A stretch of 64,000 bases of DNA from an uncultured delta proteobacterium (GTDB taxonomy: Bacteria > Bdellovibrionota > FAC87 > UBA2466). Below are positions 40,313 through 50,200 of the stretch, piece by piece. A program made the position numbers and the translations under genes. The stretch spans positions 736,001 through 800,000 of the forward strand of contig CAVZSV010000004.1 in NCBI GenBank assembly GCA_963778115.1. The letters are read 5' to 3'. Position 1 is the stretch's first letter, and every line of letters begins with the position of its first letter. Under the pieces are notes generated by a model, which searched no databases, was not told where the DNA came from, and worked only from the letters and a program-made list of their open reading frames with translations.

Positions 40313-41740
40313 CTAGTTGCCCTGGACGGGCTTTAGCTTTCCCGAAGTGGAGTCATATTGGTACTCCTTGGGTGCTTGCTCGCCTTCGGGATAATGCAAA
40401 GGCGCTAGGATATTATCTCTCATCCGATCAATGTCCTTATCAGATAATCGGACTCCTCTATTAAAGGCGTCCTGCACTTGCAAATAGAGTTGATTGGCGA
40501 CAGCGCTCCTCTTGGCCTCGTCTGATATTGGCACCCGAAGGACAGATGCGATGGTTCTCTGATAGTGGCTGCTACTCGATGGCACCGGACTGAGTTTGGT
40601 AGTGAAACCCATTAGGGACTCGTCAGGTATGGTGACCGAAGGAGCTTTCTCGGGTTTATCAGTTTGATACTCGTCTTTTAAGTCGAGAGCTTTGACCAAT
40701 TGACTGAAATCGGGATCGGGGCCCGGTTTCTGTTTCCCTAATTCCTTGAGCAAACCATCAAGGGTTTTTACGGTGAGATCTTCCTCGGTACTTGAAGTAA
40801 GTGCCTTAGCGCACTGGTGGCGGTAATCGCGAACTTCGTTATCCAAGAAAGCCGCGAAGGCGTCCTCAAGAGGCTTTCTTACACTGATCGTAAATTGATC
40901 TCTTTTGGTCTCCGTGACAGAGTCTAAAATCTTAGGATCCGAAGCGGTTGGCGTTAATAGACCATCGACGCCAAAGTTTTTAACTAGCAGAGCTCTTTCA
41001 AAATCCTGTTGCAGGTTAGCTTTAGCTTTCACATGCCCGTCGCTGATACTTTTTCGAATGGCCTCTCCGGTAAGACAGCCATTTAACTGTCCCAAGATAC
41101 CCGCGATCTTTTGTCGAAGCTTTGCTTCAGCGGAGTCACGTAGGCAGCGATTGACATCAAGGTACACCCCTCGAAGTTTTTCGAAGGAGGCCTTAAATAC
41201 GACTGCCGCGTCGCTCTCGGAAGTCAGTCGATTGATAAACGCTTTCATTTCAGGACTGCCGCAATCTCTGACGTTTTGCAGGTCACCTAACAAAGAAAGT
41301 TTAAGTTCATTGTGTTTGGCTAAGACCGATTTATTCTTAGTTTCACTTTCACGGACCTTTTCCACCGTTTTATTAGCCTGGTCATCGACACGAATTCCAA
41401 AATCTCCTAGCCGAAGTGCCCTAGGATCCGCATCAATCCCCTGGCTTGCCACGAACGGGGGGAGAGAGTTACCGAGTCTTTGACCGCTCCACCCCTGCCC
41501 CATACCTCCACTATCTCCGTGGCCTTTATCGTTGGGCCCTGGCGTCTGTTTCTCTTCTTCCGGGGACTTGAGGCTAGAATCGAGTCTTGAGCGGCGCTGG
41601 CCTCCTACCATTTGTCCGATCGAAGGTGGTTGCTGCTGCTGGATTACTTGGATATTTATCCCGCTTTCCGCCATCACCACCGTGGGCAGTTGAAAAGCGG
41701 CAAGAATAGCCAAACTCAAAATAATATTTACCTTTTTCAT
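40313..41740 (-). CDS. Secreted hypothetical protein, paralog of 41795-42982
   Basis: GGGGAG SD; MKKVNIILSLAILAAFQLPTVVMA signal peptide; shared blocks with the neighbour. Confidence 0.8.
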   Translation of the reverse strand: MKKVNIILSLAILAAFQLPTVVMAESGINIQVIQQQQPPSIGQMVGGQRRSRLDSSLKSPEEEKQTPGPNDKGHGDSGGMGQGWSGQRLGNSLPPFVASQGIDADPRALRLGDFGIRVDDQANKTVEKVRESETKNKSVLAKHNELKLSLLGDLQNVRDCGSPEMKAFINRLTSESDAAVVFKASFEKLRGVYLDVNRCLRDSAEAKLRQKIAGILGQLNGCLTGEAIRKSISDGHVKAKANLQQDFERALLVKNFGVDGLLTPTASDPKILDSVTETKRDQFTISVRKPLEDAFAAFLDNEVRDYRHQCAKALTSSTEEDLTVKTLDGLLKELGKQKPGPDPDFSQLVKALDLKDEYQTDKPEKAPSVTIPDESLMGFTTKLSPVPSSSSHYQRTIASVLRVPISDEAKRSAVANQLYLQVQDAFNRGVRLSDKDIDRMRDNILAPLHYPEGEQAPKEYQYDSTSGKLKPVQGN

Positions 41741-41794
41741 CACGACTCCCCCATCAAACTCTTTCTTAAAGATTTTCATCGTCAGGTCGAATAC

Positions 41795-42982
41795 TTAATG
41801 ACCGAAGCCCATGGTGGAGCCTGGCATGCCACTTCCAAAACCCATCCCCATACCAAAACCTCCGCTGTGTCCGCCGAATCCTCCTCCTACTCCGCCAATA
41901 GGATTAGAGGGAGGTTGCTGACCAAAAGGAGTTTCCGTTCTGGTGAGCTCTCGGGCGGCTTGAGTGCGTAGGTTTCTGACCTCGTTCTCAACAAAGACAT
42001 CCGATGCTTGCTTGAGAGGATTTTGAATCTCGGTCTTGAAAGCATCCAAATTATCCATCGATTTTTCCCACGTCGGATCGGAAGGGATGGGTATGGTAAG
42101 TCCGTCAACTCCAAACGATTCGACTAGCATGAGCCGTTCGAACTTGGGTTGCATCTTTGCTTTGAAATCTTTCAGAACAGCATTTTGTTCAGCGACGGTT
42201 TTTTTAATTCCCTCAGGCGAATGGTTTCCTTGAAAACTAGCCAGAAAATCCGAAATATCTTTTATGAGAGAGTCGCGTATGCGGCCTTTCAGGACACGGC
42301 CTATCCATTCGTAAGTCTGGGAATGCGGTCCATAAGTCATTCGCGCTAGTGCCGCGGCGTTGGGTTCGCTTAGCATGAGCGCCAGACCTTTCTTACTTTC
42401 TTCCGTACCACTAAAGACGTCCCCATTTCGGAATCCCGAAACTAAGGAGCGTAAAAGCGCATTCTGTTCCGCGGCTTTCTTCGGATCCTTCCCTTCGGTA
42501 TCTAGCTTAGCGATGGCTTTCTCGGCCCACTCGTCATGTTTCACGCCAAGCTTTACCCAAGGCAAAAGATTAGAATCGGCATTCACCCCTTGAGAAGGAT
42601 CAAATTTGCGCTTCTGGACTTCTTCTTCGCGTTTTCCATTCCAACTTTTGCCACCCCCTGACCCCGATCCAGATCCGCCCATACCACCATGAGAACCTCG
42701 GTCGGTCCGCAAACCTTGCTGGTCTCGAAATATCGGGGTCACTAAGTCTTTAATTCGCTTGTTCTCTGCTTTGATGGCCCTAAGAGCGGATTCACCTTCC
42801 TCCGGATCCAATTCAGCGGCGGCTTTGGCTTCATCCATCGCACTCTGTCGCGCCTTCGCCGCGGCTTCTTGATAGATTTTGACAGCATCGTTTAAAGTCG
42901 GCTGTTCACCAAACGCCGACACTGAGAGTAAAGAGCTAACACCTAGAAACAGACTGGCCGAGAGAAAATAAATCTTTTTCAA
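41795..42982 (-). CDS. Secreted hypothetical protein, paralog of 40313-41740
   Basis: Signal peptide ending SAFG; shared SQG..AD, FGVDGL, SDP and NEVR blocks; Gly/Met-rich tail. Confidence 0.8.
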   Translation of the reverse strand: MKKIYFLSASLFLGVSSLLSVSAFGEQPTLNDAVKIYQEAAAKARQSAMDEAKAAAELDPEEGESALRAIKAENKRIKDLVTPIFRDQQGLRTDRGSHGGMGGSGSGSGGGKSWNGKREEEVQKRKFDPSQGVNADSNLLPWVKLGVKHDEWAEKAIAKLDTEGKDPKKAAEQNALLRSLVSGFRNGDVFSGTEESKKGLALMLSEPNAAALARMTYGPHSQTYEWIGRVLKGRIRDSLIKDISDFLASFQGNHSPEGIKKTVAEQNAVLKDFKAKMQPKFERLMLVESFGVDGLTIPIPSDPTWEKSMDNLDAFKTEIQNPLKQASDVFVENEVRNLRTQAARELTRTETPFGQQPPSNPIGGVGGGFGGHSGGFGMGMGFGSGMPGSTMGFGH

Positions 42983-43390
42983 AGTACCCCCCTAACGAAG
43001 ACTGGACACCTGGGGATAGTGCAATTGATCGGCCATAGAGAAGAGAGCCTACTAGATTGTGTTTAGGAAAAAACTTAGGTCGCGCACTCTAAGAATGCTT
43101 GGCGGAAGTAGTGAATGTTACGTGAGTATGCGCGGTTTGAACCGAAGTTGTCTAGGTGTCTACCGCGTAGACAAGATTGTGTCAGTCGCCTTTACGCCTG
43201 GCTCGAATTGGAAGGCTCTTTCGCGTACTTACAAGCCTTGCTCCCCAAACGCCAAAAAACCGTAAGCCCCCGAACCTAAGATCCGCAGAAGAAAAGAAGA
43301 ATCCAAGAGACGCCACCGAGATTTCACGTCCCAAAAGACCTCGCTGTCCATCATAACGGTCGTGGACAAAAGAAAGCTCGTGCCTCCATC

Positions 43391-43941
43391 CCCGAGACAC
43401 GCAGCGAGTGGATCGAGAAGGCAAAGACATTAAGACAACACGACCTCGAACGGGAAGTAAGAGAGGAAAATCCTCAAGGCCATGTTAGAGAGAATATCAA
43501 ACCTGTCGCTAAGGCCCTGTCAGAACTCCGCTGCGGAGTAGAAGCCACGACCGAGCTGATATAAAACGACTTACCGATATCAGGTCCCAAAAGCTGCAAA
43601 GGGCTGCTACATTGAAAGAGGTCATTGCGTGGGCGACTTCGGTATGTCGTGAGAAATTCGATCCGGAGCGAAAGGCCCAAAGGGCAAAGAAATTGCTTCC
43701 TAGGAAACAACCTGAGCCAGGACGCCATCCGATCCCAGATTCGGTCAAACATAAGGTAGTCCAGCGGATTGGCTATCAATGTGCTCACTATAGCTCTGAT
43801 GGAAGACGCTGCCAGGAAAAAAGGTGGGTTCAATTTCATCCCATCATCCAAGTCAAAGAGGGAGGACTTAATACGGCTGAAAACCTGACACTATTATGTG
43901 CTAACCATCATGCCTTGCGCCACCGAAAGTCCCGCTTTTGA
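43391..43941 (+). pseudogene. Degraded HNH endonuclease gene
   Basis: Upstream frame EWIEKAKTLRQHDLEREV..IKPVAKALSELR stops near 43563; the other frame continues KRLTDIRSQK..KFDPERKA..RHPIPDSVK..YQC..RC..GGLNTAENLTLLCANHH. Confidence 0.7.
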
Positions 43942-44035
43942 ATCGCAACCAGATGCCTCAAACCTTGAGGAGATAAACCCGGTATCGGCCCTAACCCTAG
44001 CTTGCAGTCCCGAAGCCAGTTGGCTATGTTTAGCC

Positions 44036-44746
44036 ATGCTTTTGAAAGACCGAATTATTGTCGCTTTGGATACGCCGTCGATAGAGGCGACCATTCCTTT
44101 TATTCGTCAACTTTCGCCCTACGTTTCCTGCTTTAAAATTGGCCTTGAGCTAATGACCTCCGTCGGCGCACCCGCCGCCGTTCGTGAGATTCACGAATTA
44201 GGCGGATTCATCTTTTTTGACGGGAAATTCAACGATATTCCCAATACGATTGCGGGCGCTTCTCGCGCGGTTGCGGCACTCAAAGTGAAAATGTTCGATG
44301 TCCACGCCGCTTCTGGAGTCGAAGGCATGCGGGCCGCCGTTGCGAATAAGGGAAAGAGCCAAGTCATTGCCGTCACGGTTCTGACCTCCATCGATGAAAC
44401 CGGTTGCCAGCATGTGTTTGGCGATAGCACTCAAAAGAAAGTTTTGCAGTTCGCCCACGACGCTCTGTCGGCGGGTATGGATGGCATTGTTTGCTCTCCG
44501 CAAGAACTTAGGTGGCTGGGACAAGACACTGCACTTAAATCTCTTATTCGCTTAACGCCAGGGGTGCGCCCCGCGTGGGCGGGGAAAGGAGATCAGAAAC
44601 GAGTCCTTACTCCCAAAGAAGCCATTGAACTGGGAGCGACGTGTCTAGTCATCGGTCGCCCCATCACTCAACCTCCTCCCGAAATAGGCTCACCGGTAGA
44701 TGCCGTCAAAAAGATTTGGGATGAGATAGCAGAGGTGGCAAAATGA
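44036..44746 (+). CDS. pyrF: Orotidine 5'-phosphate decarboxylase
   Basis: IVALD, FKIG, FFDGKFNDIPNT, VTVLTS, TPGVRP, DQKR, VIGRPIT. Confidence 0.96.
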   Translation: MLLKDRIIVALDTPSIEATIPFIRQLSPYVSCFKIGLELMTSVGAPAAVREIHELGGFIFFDGKFNDIPNTIAGASRAVAALKVKMFDVHAASGVEGMRAAVANKGKSQVIAVTVLTSIDETGCQHVFGDSTQKKVLQFAHDALSAGMDGIVCSPQELRWLGQDTALKSLIRLTPGVRPAWAGKGDQKRVLTPKEAIELGATCLVIGRPITQPPPEIGSPVDAVKKIWDEIAEVAK

Positions 44747-45375
44747 TGACCGATGCCACTTTACTGCCAACCCTCGAAAAGGTGGGAGCGCTGCTAAAGA
44801 GCTCCCATATTGTCTATACTTCGGGAAAACATGGAGAGAGTTACGTCAATAAAGACGCTCTTTATCCCCATACCGCCCTCACTTCACAGCTATGTGAAAC
44901 TATCGCTACTCACTTTGCGAAAGAAAAACCGGATGTGGTGGCCGCGCCGGCATTAGGAGGTATCATCTTATCGCAATGGACAGCCCATCATCTAAGTCGT
45001 CTTTGTGGTAGAGAGGTCTTAAGTGTTTACGGCGAAAAACTGCCTGATGGAGGATTTGTTATTAAGCGTGGTTATGACGAAATCGTCGCCAATCGAAAGA
45101 TTGTCGTCGTTGAAGATGTCCTTACCACGGGCGGCTCCGTTAAAAAGATGGTGGAGGTCGTTCGAAGTCTCAAAGGCAACGTTATCGGTGTCGGTGCCCT
45201 GTGCAACCGAGGCGGATTAGCCGCCGAGTCTTTGGGAGTTCCCGATTTCTTTCCCCTGGTAACGCTCGATCTGCAATCTTGGGAAGCGTCTCAGTGTCCC
45301 CTCTGTGAAAAGAAAATCCCTATTAATACGCAAGTGGGAAAAGGACGAGAGTTTTTAGCCTCTCAAAAGCGCTAA
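44743..45375 (+). CDS. pyrE: Orotate phosphoribosyltransferase
   Basis: YTSGKH, VVVEDVLTTGGS PRPP loop; ATGA overlap with pyrF. Confidence 0.93.
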   Translation: MMTDATLLPTLEKVGALLKSSHIVYTSGKHGESYVNKDALYPHTALTSQLCETIATHFAKEKPDVVAAPALGGIILSQWTAHHLSRLCGREVLSVYGEKLPDGGFVIKRGYDEIVANRKIVVVEDVLTTGGSVKKMVEVVRSLKGNVIGVGALCNRGGLAAESLGVPDFFPLVTLDLQSWEASQCPLCEKKIPINTQVGKGREFLASQKR

Positions 45376-45752
45376 AACTCTGCGCGCAAACCGTGAATGA
45401 CAAGCAGGGCCCAACCAATCAAAAAAGCAACTCCGCCCAAAGGAGTTACGGCTCCCCACATTTTCACTTTCGTAAGCGCCAGAAGATAGAGACTTCCGGA
45501 AAAGACGACAATACCGATCACAAAAGCAACGCCTGCGGCTCTCAATAGCGGACTGGGAGAACGGGAGATCCCAAACGCCACTAACCCTAACGCAAGAGAA
45601 TGGTACATTTGATATTCCACACCCGTTTTGAAAATCGAAAGAAAGTAGTCGTCTAGTCTCGTTTTTAGAAAGTGCGCGCCGAAAGCACCGAAGGCGACCG
45701 ATAAAAAACCACCCAGGGCCGAGAGCGAAAAAAAGGTTTTGGCGATGTTCAT
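45372..45752 (-). CDS. DUF423/YgdD (TMEM256) membrane protein
   Basis: GAFGAH, TGVEYQMYH, FSGSLY, GAVTPLGG. Confidence 0.92.
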   Translation of the reverse strand: MNIAKTFFSLSALGGFLSVAFGAFGAHFLKTRLDDYFLSIFKTGVEYQMYHSLALGLVAFGISRSPSPLLRAAGVAFVIGIVVFSGSLYLLALTKVKMWGAVTPLGGVAFLIGWALLVIHGLRAEF

Positions 45753-45948
45753 GTCTTCTCTTACGCCGCCATGTAAATAATTTCAAGAGATTAGCTCTCA
45801 CATTGGTAAGGGATTCCAAGGGGTTAACCTCGCCTTCTAAGATGGTGGAAGGCCCTAGATAGCTTCACAATTGCTTGAATTTTAAGGCTTACGCTAATAC
45901 GGAGCGTAGATTGGCCCAATTTCTTTTGGGCTCTTTAGGGGTAAGAAC

Positions 45949-47856
45949 GTGAAAAGGCGGGGGGAAAAAAGTAGACCTATTTTCGTATCGATCAGGATCC
46001 TCCTGTTCGGCCTATTTGCTATGGCAACCTCCCTATCCTTTTCCCAAACACCTGTTTTTGGAGATCCCAGACTCTGTCCGTCTCGACACCCCGTCCAAAA
46101 CGCCTGTGCTAACCGTTCCTTTACCCTTTCTAGTTTGTTCACCCAGAAAGAGGGGTTTGGCCTTGCGGACAAGGGCTTTACAAAATCCGATCGGTGCAAA
46201 ATGTGGTGGTGGGCAAGTGAAGTGCATCACTGGAATTACCCGCCCCTCACTGAATGGGCGGAAGACGCTCAAGATGCTTTAATGAGCAGCGGAGATCCCA
46301 AAGATGCTTCCGCACTCTTAGGACCAGCACCCGAAGCTCCTCACTCCAAGCTCGTCTCTAGCCCCGAACCTTCGTCGAGCTGTGAATTCGCCATGGGCCC
46401 TCAGTCACAAGATCTGGTGGATATTTTGCGTACCTTGGATTTTGGTCAGCTCCACAGCCGCGACATCCGTGAACTGGTCGATCATTGTATTGCGTTCGAA
46501 GTCGCTGCCACTACCTGGAAACGGATGGAAGGCAACGTGATCGAGGCCTTCCTGCTTCCTGTGGGCGATATCAATATCGTCATCTTCGGTCAGACCACTT
46601 TTAAGCCGATAGAAACTATCGAGGCCGGAGTTGCCGGAACCGTTCCCGACGGAAAAATTTCTTATAGAGCCATCGGAACTTGTTCAGTGGGAGAAAATCC
46701 GAAATTCTGCGTTGAAGACTTCATGCACGCCGATTCGATTAGCCCGCTAACCTCCGACAGAGAGTTCCACCATGAATTTAAAGTCGGCCCCTACCGAACC
46801 GATCTAGACGGACTTCTAGACAACCGCTGGCCACAGACCAGAAAAGTTGACCTGCGATTTGATGAAAACGGCAAGCTCGCCTTCTATCCTGAATGGGATT
46901 CCGACGACTCCAGCAGTAGTTTTCGGTCGCATCCGCTTCGCGTGAGTCTTTACCAAGGACACCTGGCTTTAGTGACCAACGAAAAGCAGTGCACCGAATA
47001 CGGCGCCACCGCCACAACGGAAGTCTATCTACGACCGCTTGCTTTCGGAGATGTTTTAGACAAACTCTATTCGAAAGAGTTGATGTATGAGCCAAAGGAT
47101 TTTCCGGCTCCCAACACCTCCAAGCAACCCGACTCCGCTGTCGAAAGAGGCTGCAATAACAGTAAAAGTTATTCGCTTTGGGCATCTGAAGAGGCTAATG
47201 CGGCTCTGCATATGGCCCACCACAACTTGCCGTTCGATAACCTCTACCATGCGATAGCCGCCGATAGACGCCTCTGGAAAGTGAATGGCGACCGCCCCGG
47301 CCGATCGCGAACTGATGCCGTCACAGGGAATTGGCGCACGAAGCCCGAAGAGACCGCGCTCCCCATTTCCGATGATTTCGAAACGCAAGCCAGAAACTAC
47401 GTCCAAGGTTCGAGAACCGAGGCTTCCGACAGCGATATGCTTTATCGTTTGACGACGATAGACGGTGTTGAAGCGAATGAAGTCTGGTACTACAAAAAGC
47501 CTCAAGCCCCGTCGGGCGCGATAATGGGAACGAAAAGCCATGTCATCATCCGCCATCTAGCGGAGTTCAATGATATCTATGCCTCTTCGGTCATTGGTCG
47601 TTTGGTTGAAGTTTACACTCGTTGTGCCAATACCTCTCTTCAGAAGAAAGAGTTTCTGGCGGCCATGTACTCCCTCTTCAATGCCGTTCCTCTTGAAGGC
47701 GGAGAATCCGTAGTGGGGAAAGTATTTATGGCGGTGACTTACGAAAGAATCTTCGGCCACAAATTAAATTCAATGCACCATCTTTCTGATATCGATATGG
47801 ACGCGTTGACGATGACCCGAGACGACTTCCAAAACCGATACCTTCCTCTTTTATAA
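45949..47856 (+). CDS. Secreted protein with a C-terminal AvrB-like Fido region
   Basis: N-terminal signal or TM segment; C-terminal LFNAVPLEGGESVVG...DIDMDALTMTRDDFQNRYLPLL. Confidence 0.55.
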   Translation: MKRRGEKSRPIFVSIRILLFGLFAMATSLSFSQTPVFGDPRLCPSRHPVQNACANRSFTLSSLFTQKEGFGLADKGFTKSDRCKMWWWASEVHHWNYPPLTEWAEDAQDALMSSGDPKDASALLGPAPEAPHSKLVSSPEPSSSCEFAMGPQSQDLVDILRTLDFGQLHSRDIRELVDHCIAFEVAATTWKRMEGNVIEAFLLPVGDINIVIFGQTTFKPIETIEAGVAGTVPDGKISYRAIGTCSVGENPKFCVEDFMHADSISPLTSDREFHHEFKVGPYRTDLDGLLDNRWPQTRKVDLRFDENGKLAFYPEWDSDDSSSSFRSHPLRVSLYQGHLALVTNEKQCTEYGATATTEVYLRPLAFGDVLDKLYSKELMYEPKDFPAPNTSKQPDSAVERGCNNSKSYSLWASEEANAALHMAHHNLPFDNLYHAIAADRRLWKVNGDRPGRSRTDAVTGNWRTKPEETALPISDDFETQARNYVQGSRTEASDSDMLYRLTTIDGVEANEVWYYKKPQAPSGAIMGTKSHVIIRHLAEFNDIYASSVIGRLVEVYTRCANTSLQKKEFLAAMYSLFNAVPLEGGESVVGKVFMAVTYERIFGHKLNSMHHLSDIDMDALTMTRDDFQNRYLPLL

Positions 47857-48150
47857 AGGTGCGGCCGGAGAAGGCTTAGGCGCCAAATCACGAAACCGGC
47901 TGCTAATCACCTCGCTCTTCCCTTGAAGCGCTTCGTCGTGAGCAAGCTCAATTCGAAAGCCGTCTACGATCTCTATCTGCTGAAGTCCGTCGACGTGCAT
48001 TTTCTTTAAGGCAAACTTTTCGTTCTGTTTGACCTTAACCCGAGCCTCGGCAAAGTCGTGCGCCACCACAAAAAAATTGGTGTGCCCTTCATAGACCCCG
48101 TCACCGACTTCGGGATCGTAAAATCCGCAGTGAACTAAAAAGAGTTTCAT
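47851..48150 (-). CDS. DUF1543 family protein
   Basis: MKLFLVHCGFY, EGHTNFFVVA, MHVDG..VDGFRI; GGAGG SD. Confidence 0.75.
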   Translation of the reverse strand: MKLFLVHCGFYDPEVGDGVYEGHTNFFVVAHDFAEARVKVKQNEKFALKKMHVDGLQQIEIVDGFRIELAHDEALQGKSEVISSRFRDLAPKPSPAAPL

Positions 48151-48368
48151 GGATTACCTCCGCAGCTTAAAACCTACCCTAGCCGGAATTAGCTTTCAAT
48201 GAGGTGCCTTTACAGGTTTCTCCAAGGCCGTTATCTCCCTAGATAACGTAGACCACTATCATTGCGAGGAGCACCTCGACGAAGCAATCTTGGTGCACCA
48301 GGGCCGCCATGCACTTACGCCGCTTTATCCTTTATCCTTGCCCCTTAATCCTTTATCCTTGACTGCTA

Positions 48369-49259
48369 ATGGACACCAACCGCCTGCGTTATTTCTGTAC
48401 GGTCGCCCGAACCGAGAATATCCACCGGGCTTCCGAGATGCTAAGGCTCTCCCCTGCGGCACTATCTAAGTCTATAAAAATTCTGGAGGACGAATTAGGC
48501 ATTCCCCTATTGGTTCCCTCGGGACGCGGAATCAAGGTGACTGAGGCAGGAAGAAAATTTGCGGTACGGGCCGAGCAGTTGCTTAGTGAATTTGAGGCGC
48601 TGGAAGCTTCTGCCAGAGAGATGTCCGCCTCTAGAAAAATAATTAGGCTAGCCTCTTTCGAAGTGTTTACGACCCACTTTCTAGGACCTTTAGTAAGTGA
48701 GTTCTTTAAAGACGAAGAGTTAACTCTTCACGAACTGACTCCAGGGATACTAGAACAATCCATCGTCGACCATTTTACTGACGTGGGAATTACCTACCTT
48801 CCAATTGCGCGCGCGGGACTTGATTTTTTGAAAGTTACCCAAATCGAAATGGCGGTATTTGGAATAAAAGGGGCCTTTCAAGGCGTTCCCTGGAATGAAC
48901 TTCCGTTTGCTGTCCCGGTCACCCCGCTCCAGGGCACTCCTACTAAAGTGGCCGGTCTCGACGGATGGCCTGACCATATTTTCCAGAGAAAAGCGAAGTA
49001 CCGGGTCACTATGATGGAGTCGGCATTAGAATTAAGTCGAATAGGATCGGCCGTGGTTTACTTGCCGAAATTTGTGGCTAGGCTTCATAATCGCAAAGCA
49101 AAAGAAGCGTTTCAATTGTATCCTCTGTCGCTTTCCGTCACCCTCCCCACGAAATATGTGCAACAGCCTGTATTTATCGTGAAACGGCAATTGGAAGTGG
49201 AAAGTGATCTCATTAAGCGTCTTGCTAGAAGCTTAAGGGAGGTCTGTCATGCTAAGTAA
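48369..49259 (+). CDS. LysR-family transcriptional regulator
   Basis: N-terminal HTH LRYF..ASEMLRLSPAALSKSIKILEDELG..VTEAG. Confidence 0.93.
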   Translation: MDTNRLRYFCTVARTENIHRASEMLRLSPAALSKSIKILEDELGIPLLVPSGRGIKVTEAGRKFAVRAEQLLSEFEALEASAREMSASRKIIRLASFEVFTTHFLGPLVSEFFKDEELTLHELTPGILEQSIVDHFTDVGITYLPIARAGLDFLKVTQIEMAVFGIKGAFQGVPWNELPFAVPVTPLQGTPTKVAGLDGWPDHIFQRKAKYRVTMMESALELSRIGSAVVYLPKFVARLHNRKAKEAFQLYPLSLSVTLPTKYVQQPVFIVKRQLEVESDLIKRLARSLREVCHAK

Positions 49260-50200
49260 AAGACCGCAAACTTTTTCGCGCCGTCCGTCCAAACCTGCTC
49301 GGGAATAAAGCCAGCCTCACTCGCCAAATTCGAAAAGCTCTGGATCGTATACTTGTGCGAGTTTTCAGTATGAATTGTCTCGCCCTCACGAAAGAAGATC
49401 TCGTATCCCGCCACTACCACGGTTTGAGGACGACGACTCACTAAATGCATTTCGATTCTTCCACAGGCTTCGTTGTAAAAAGCGTAATGTTCGAAATCGG
49501 TGAGTTGGAAATTGGCCCCCATGTCGCGATTTAGCCTTCGAAGTAAGTTCTTATTAAACTGCTCGGTAAATCCCTGGGCGTCGTTATAAGCGGCTTCCAA
49601 TACCGTCTTTGACTTTTGAAGATCGATCCCGATAAGAAGTGCCCCATGCTTCCCCGCTAAAGATCGTGTTCTTTTGAGAAGTGAGATGGCTTCGGCTTGC
49701 TCAAGATTTCCTATTGTGGATCCCGGGAAGAAAAAGACTCTGCGTTCCGGGGAAGCCGAAACGGTTCTTGGTAGCTCAAAAGGCATCGTATAATCCACGC
49801 ATATGGGCAAGATGGAAAGACGCGGAAATTGTTCTCTTAGCCTGTCCACTACCTCTTCCAAATACTGTCGAGAGATGTCGATAGGAAGATACGCCGCAAG
49901 ACTAGGAAGTGAGCTCAATAAAATCCTTGTTTTTAGTCCACTGCCACTACCGTACTCAACCAGCTGAACTCTAGGTCCAAGGACTCCAACGATCTCATCG
50001 ATATTATCGCGTAAAATACCCAATTCCGTTCGGGTCTGGTAATACTCATCAAGCCCGCAGATGGCGTCAAACAGCTCGGAACCCCTTTTATCGTAAAACA
50101 GTTTTGAAGGAAGCGATTTTTCCGAAGTTAATAGCCCCTCCAGCACTTCGTCCACACAACTAACCGACAGGCCGGCTTCAAAATGGGGAATTCTCTTCAT
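49247..50200 (-). CDS. egtD: L-histidine N-alpha-methyltransferase (ergothioneine synthesis)
   Basis: KLFYDKRGSELF, EYYQTRTE, VEYGSG, FPGSTIGN, AYND, IHTENSHKY. Confidence 0.95.
   Translation of the reverse strand: MKRIPHFEAGLSVSCVDEVLEGLLTSEKSLPSKLFYDKRGSELFDAICGLDEYYQTRTELGILRDNIDEIVGVLGPRVQLVEYGSGSGLKTRILLSSLPSLAAYLPIDISRQYLEEVVDRLREQFPRLSILPICVDYTMPFELPRTVSASPERRVFFFPGSTIGNLEQAEAISLLKRTRSLAGKHGALLIGIDLQKSKTVLEAAYNDAQGFTEQFNKNLLRRLNRDMGANFQLTDFEHYAFYNEACGRIEMHLVSRRPQTVVVAGYEIFFREGETIHTENSHKYTIQSFSNLASEAGFIPEQVWTDGAKKFAVFYLA

Noticed and set aside
43898..44035. N-terminal extension of PyrF
   Set aside because: Overlaps the HNH remnant; the conserved fold begins at ATG 44036.
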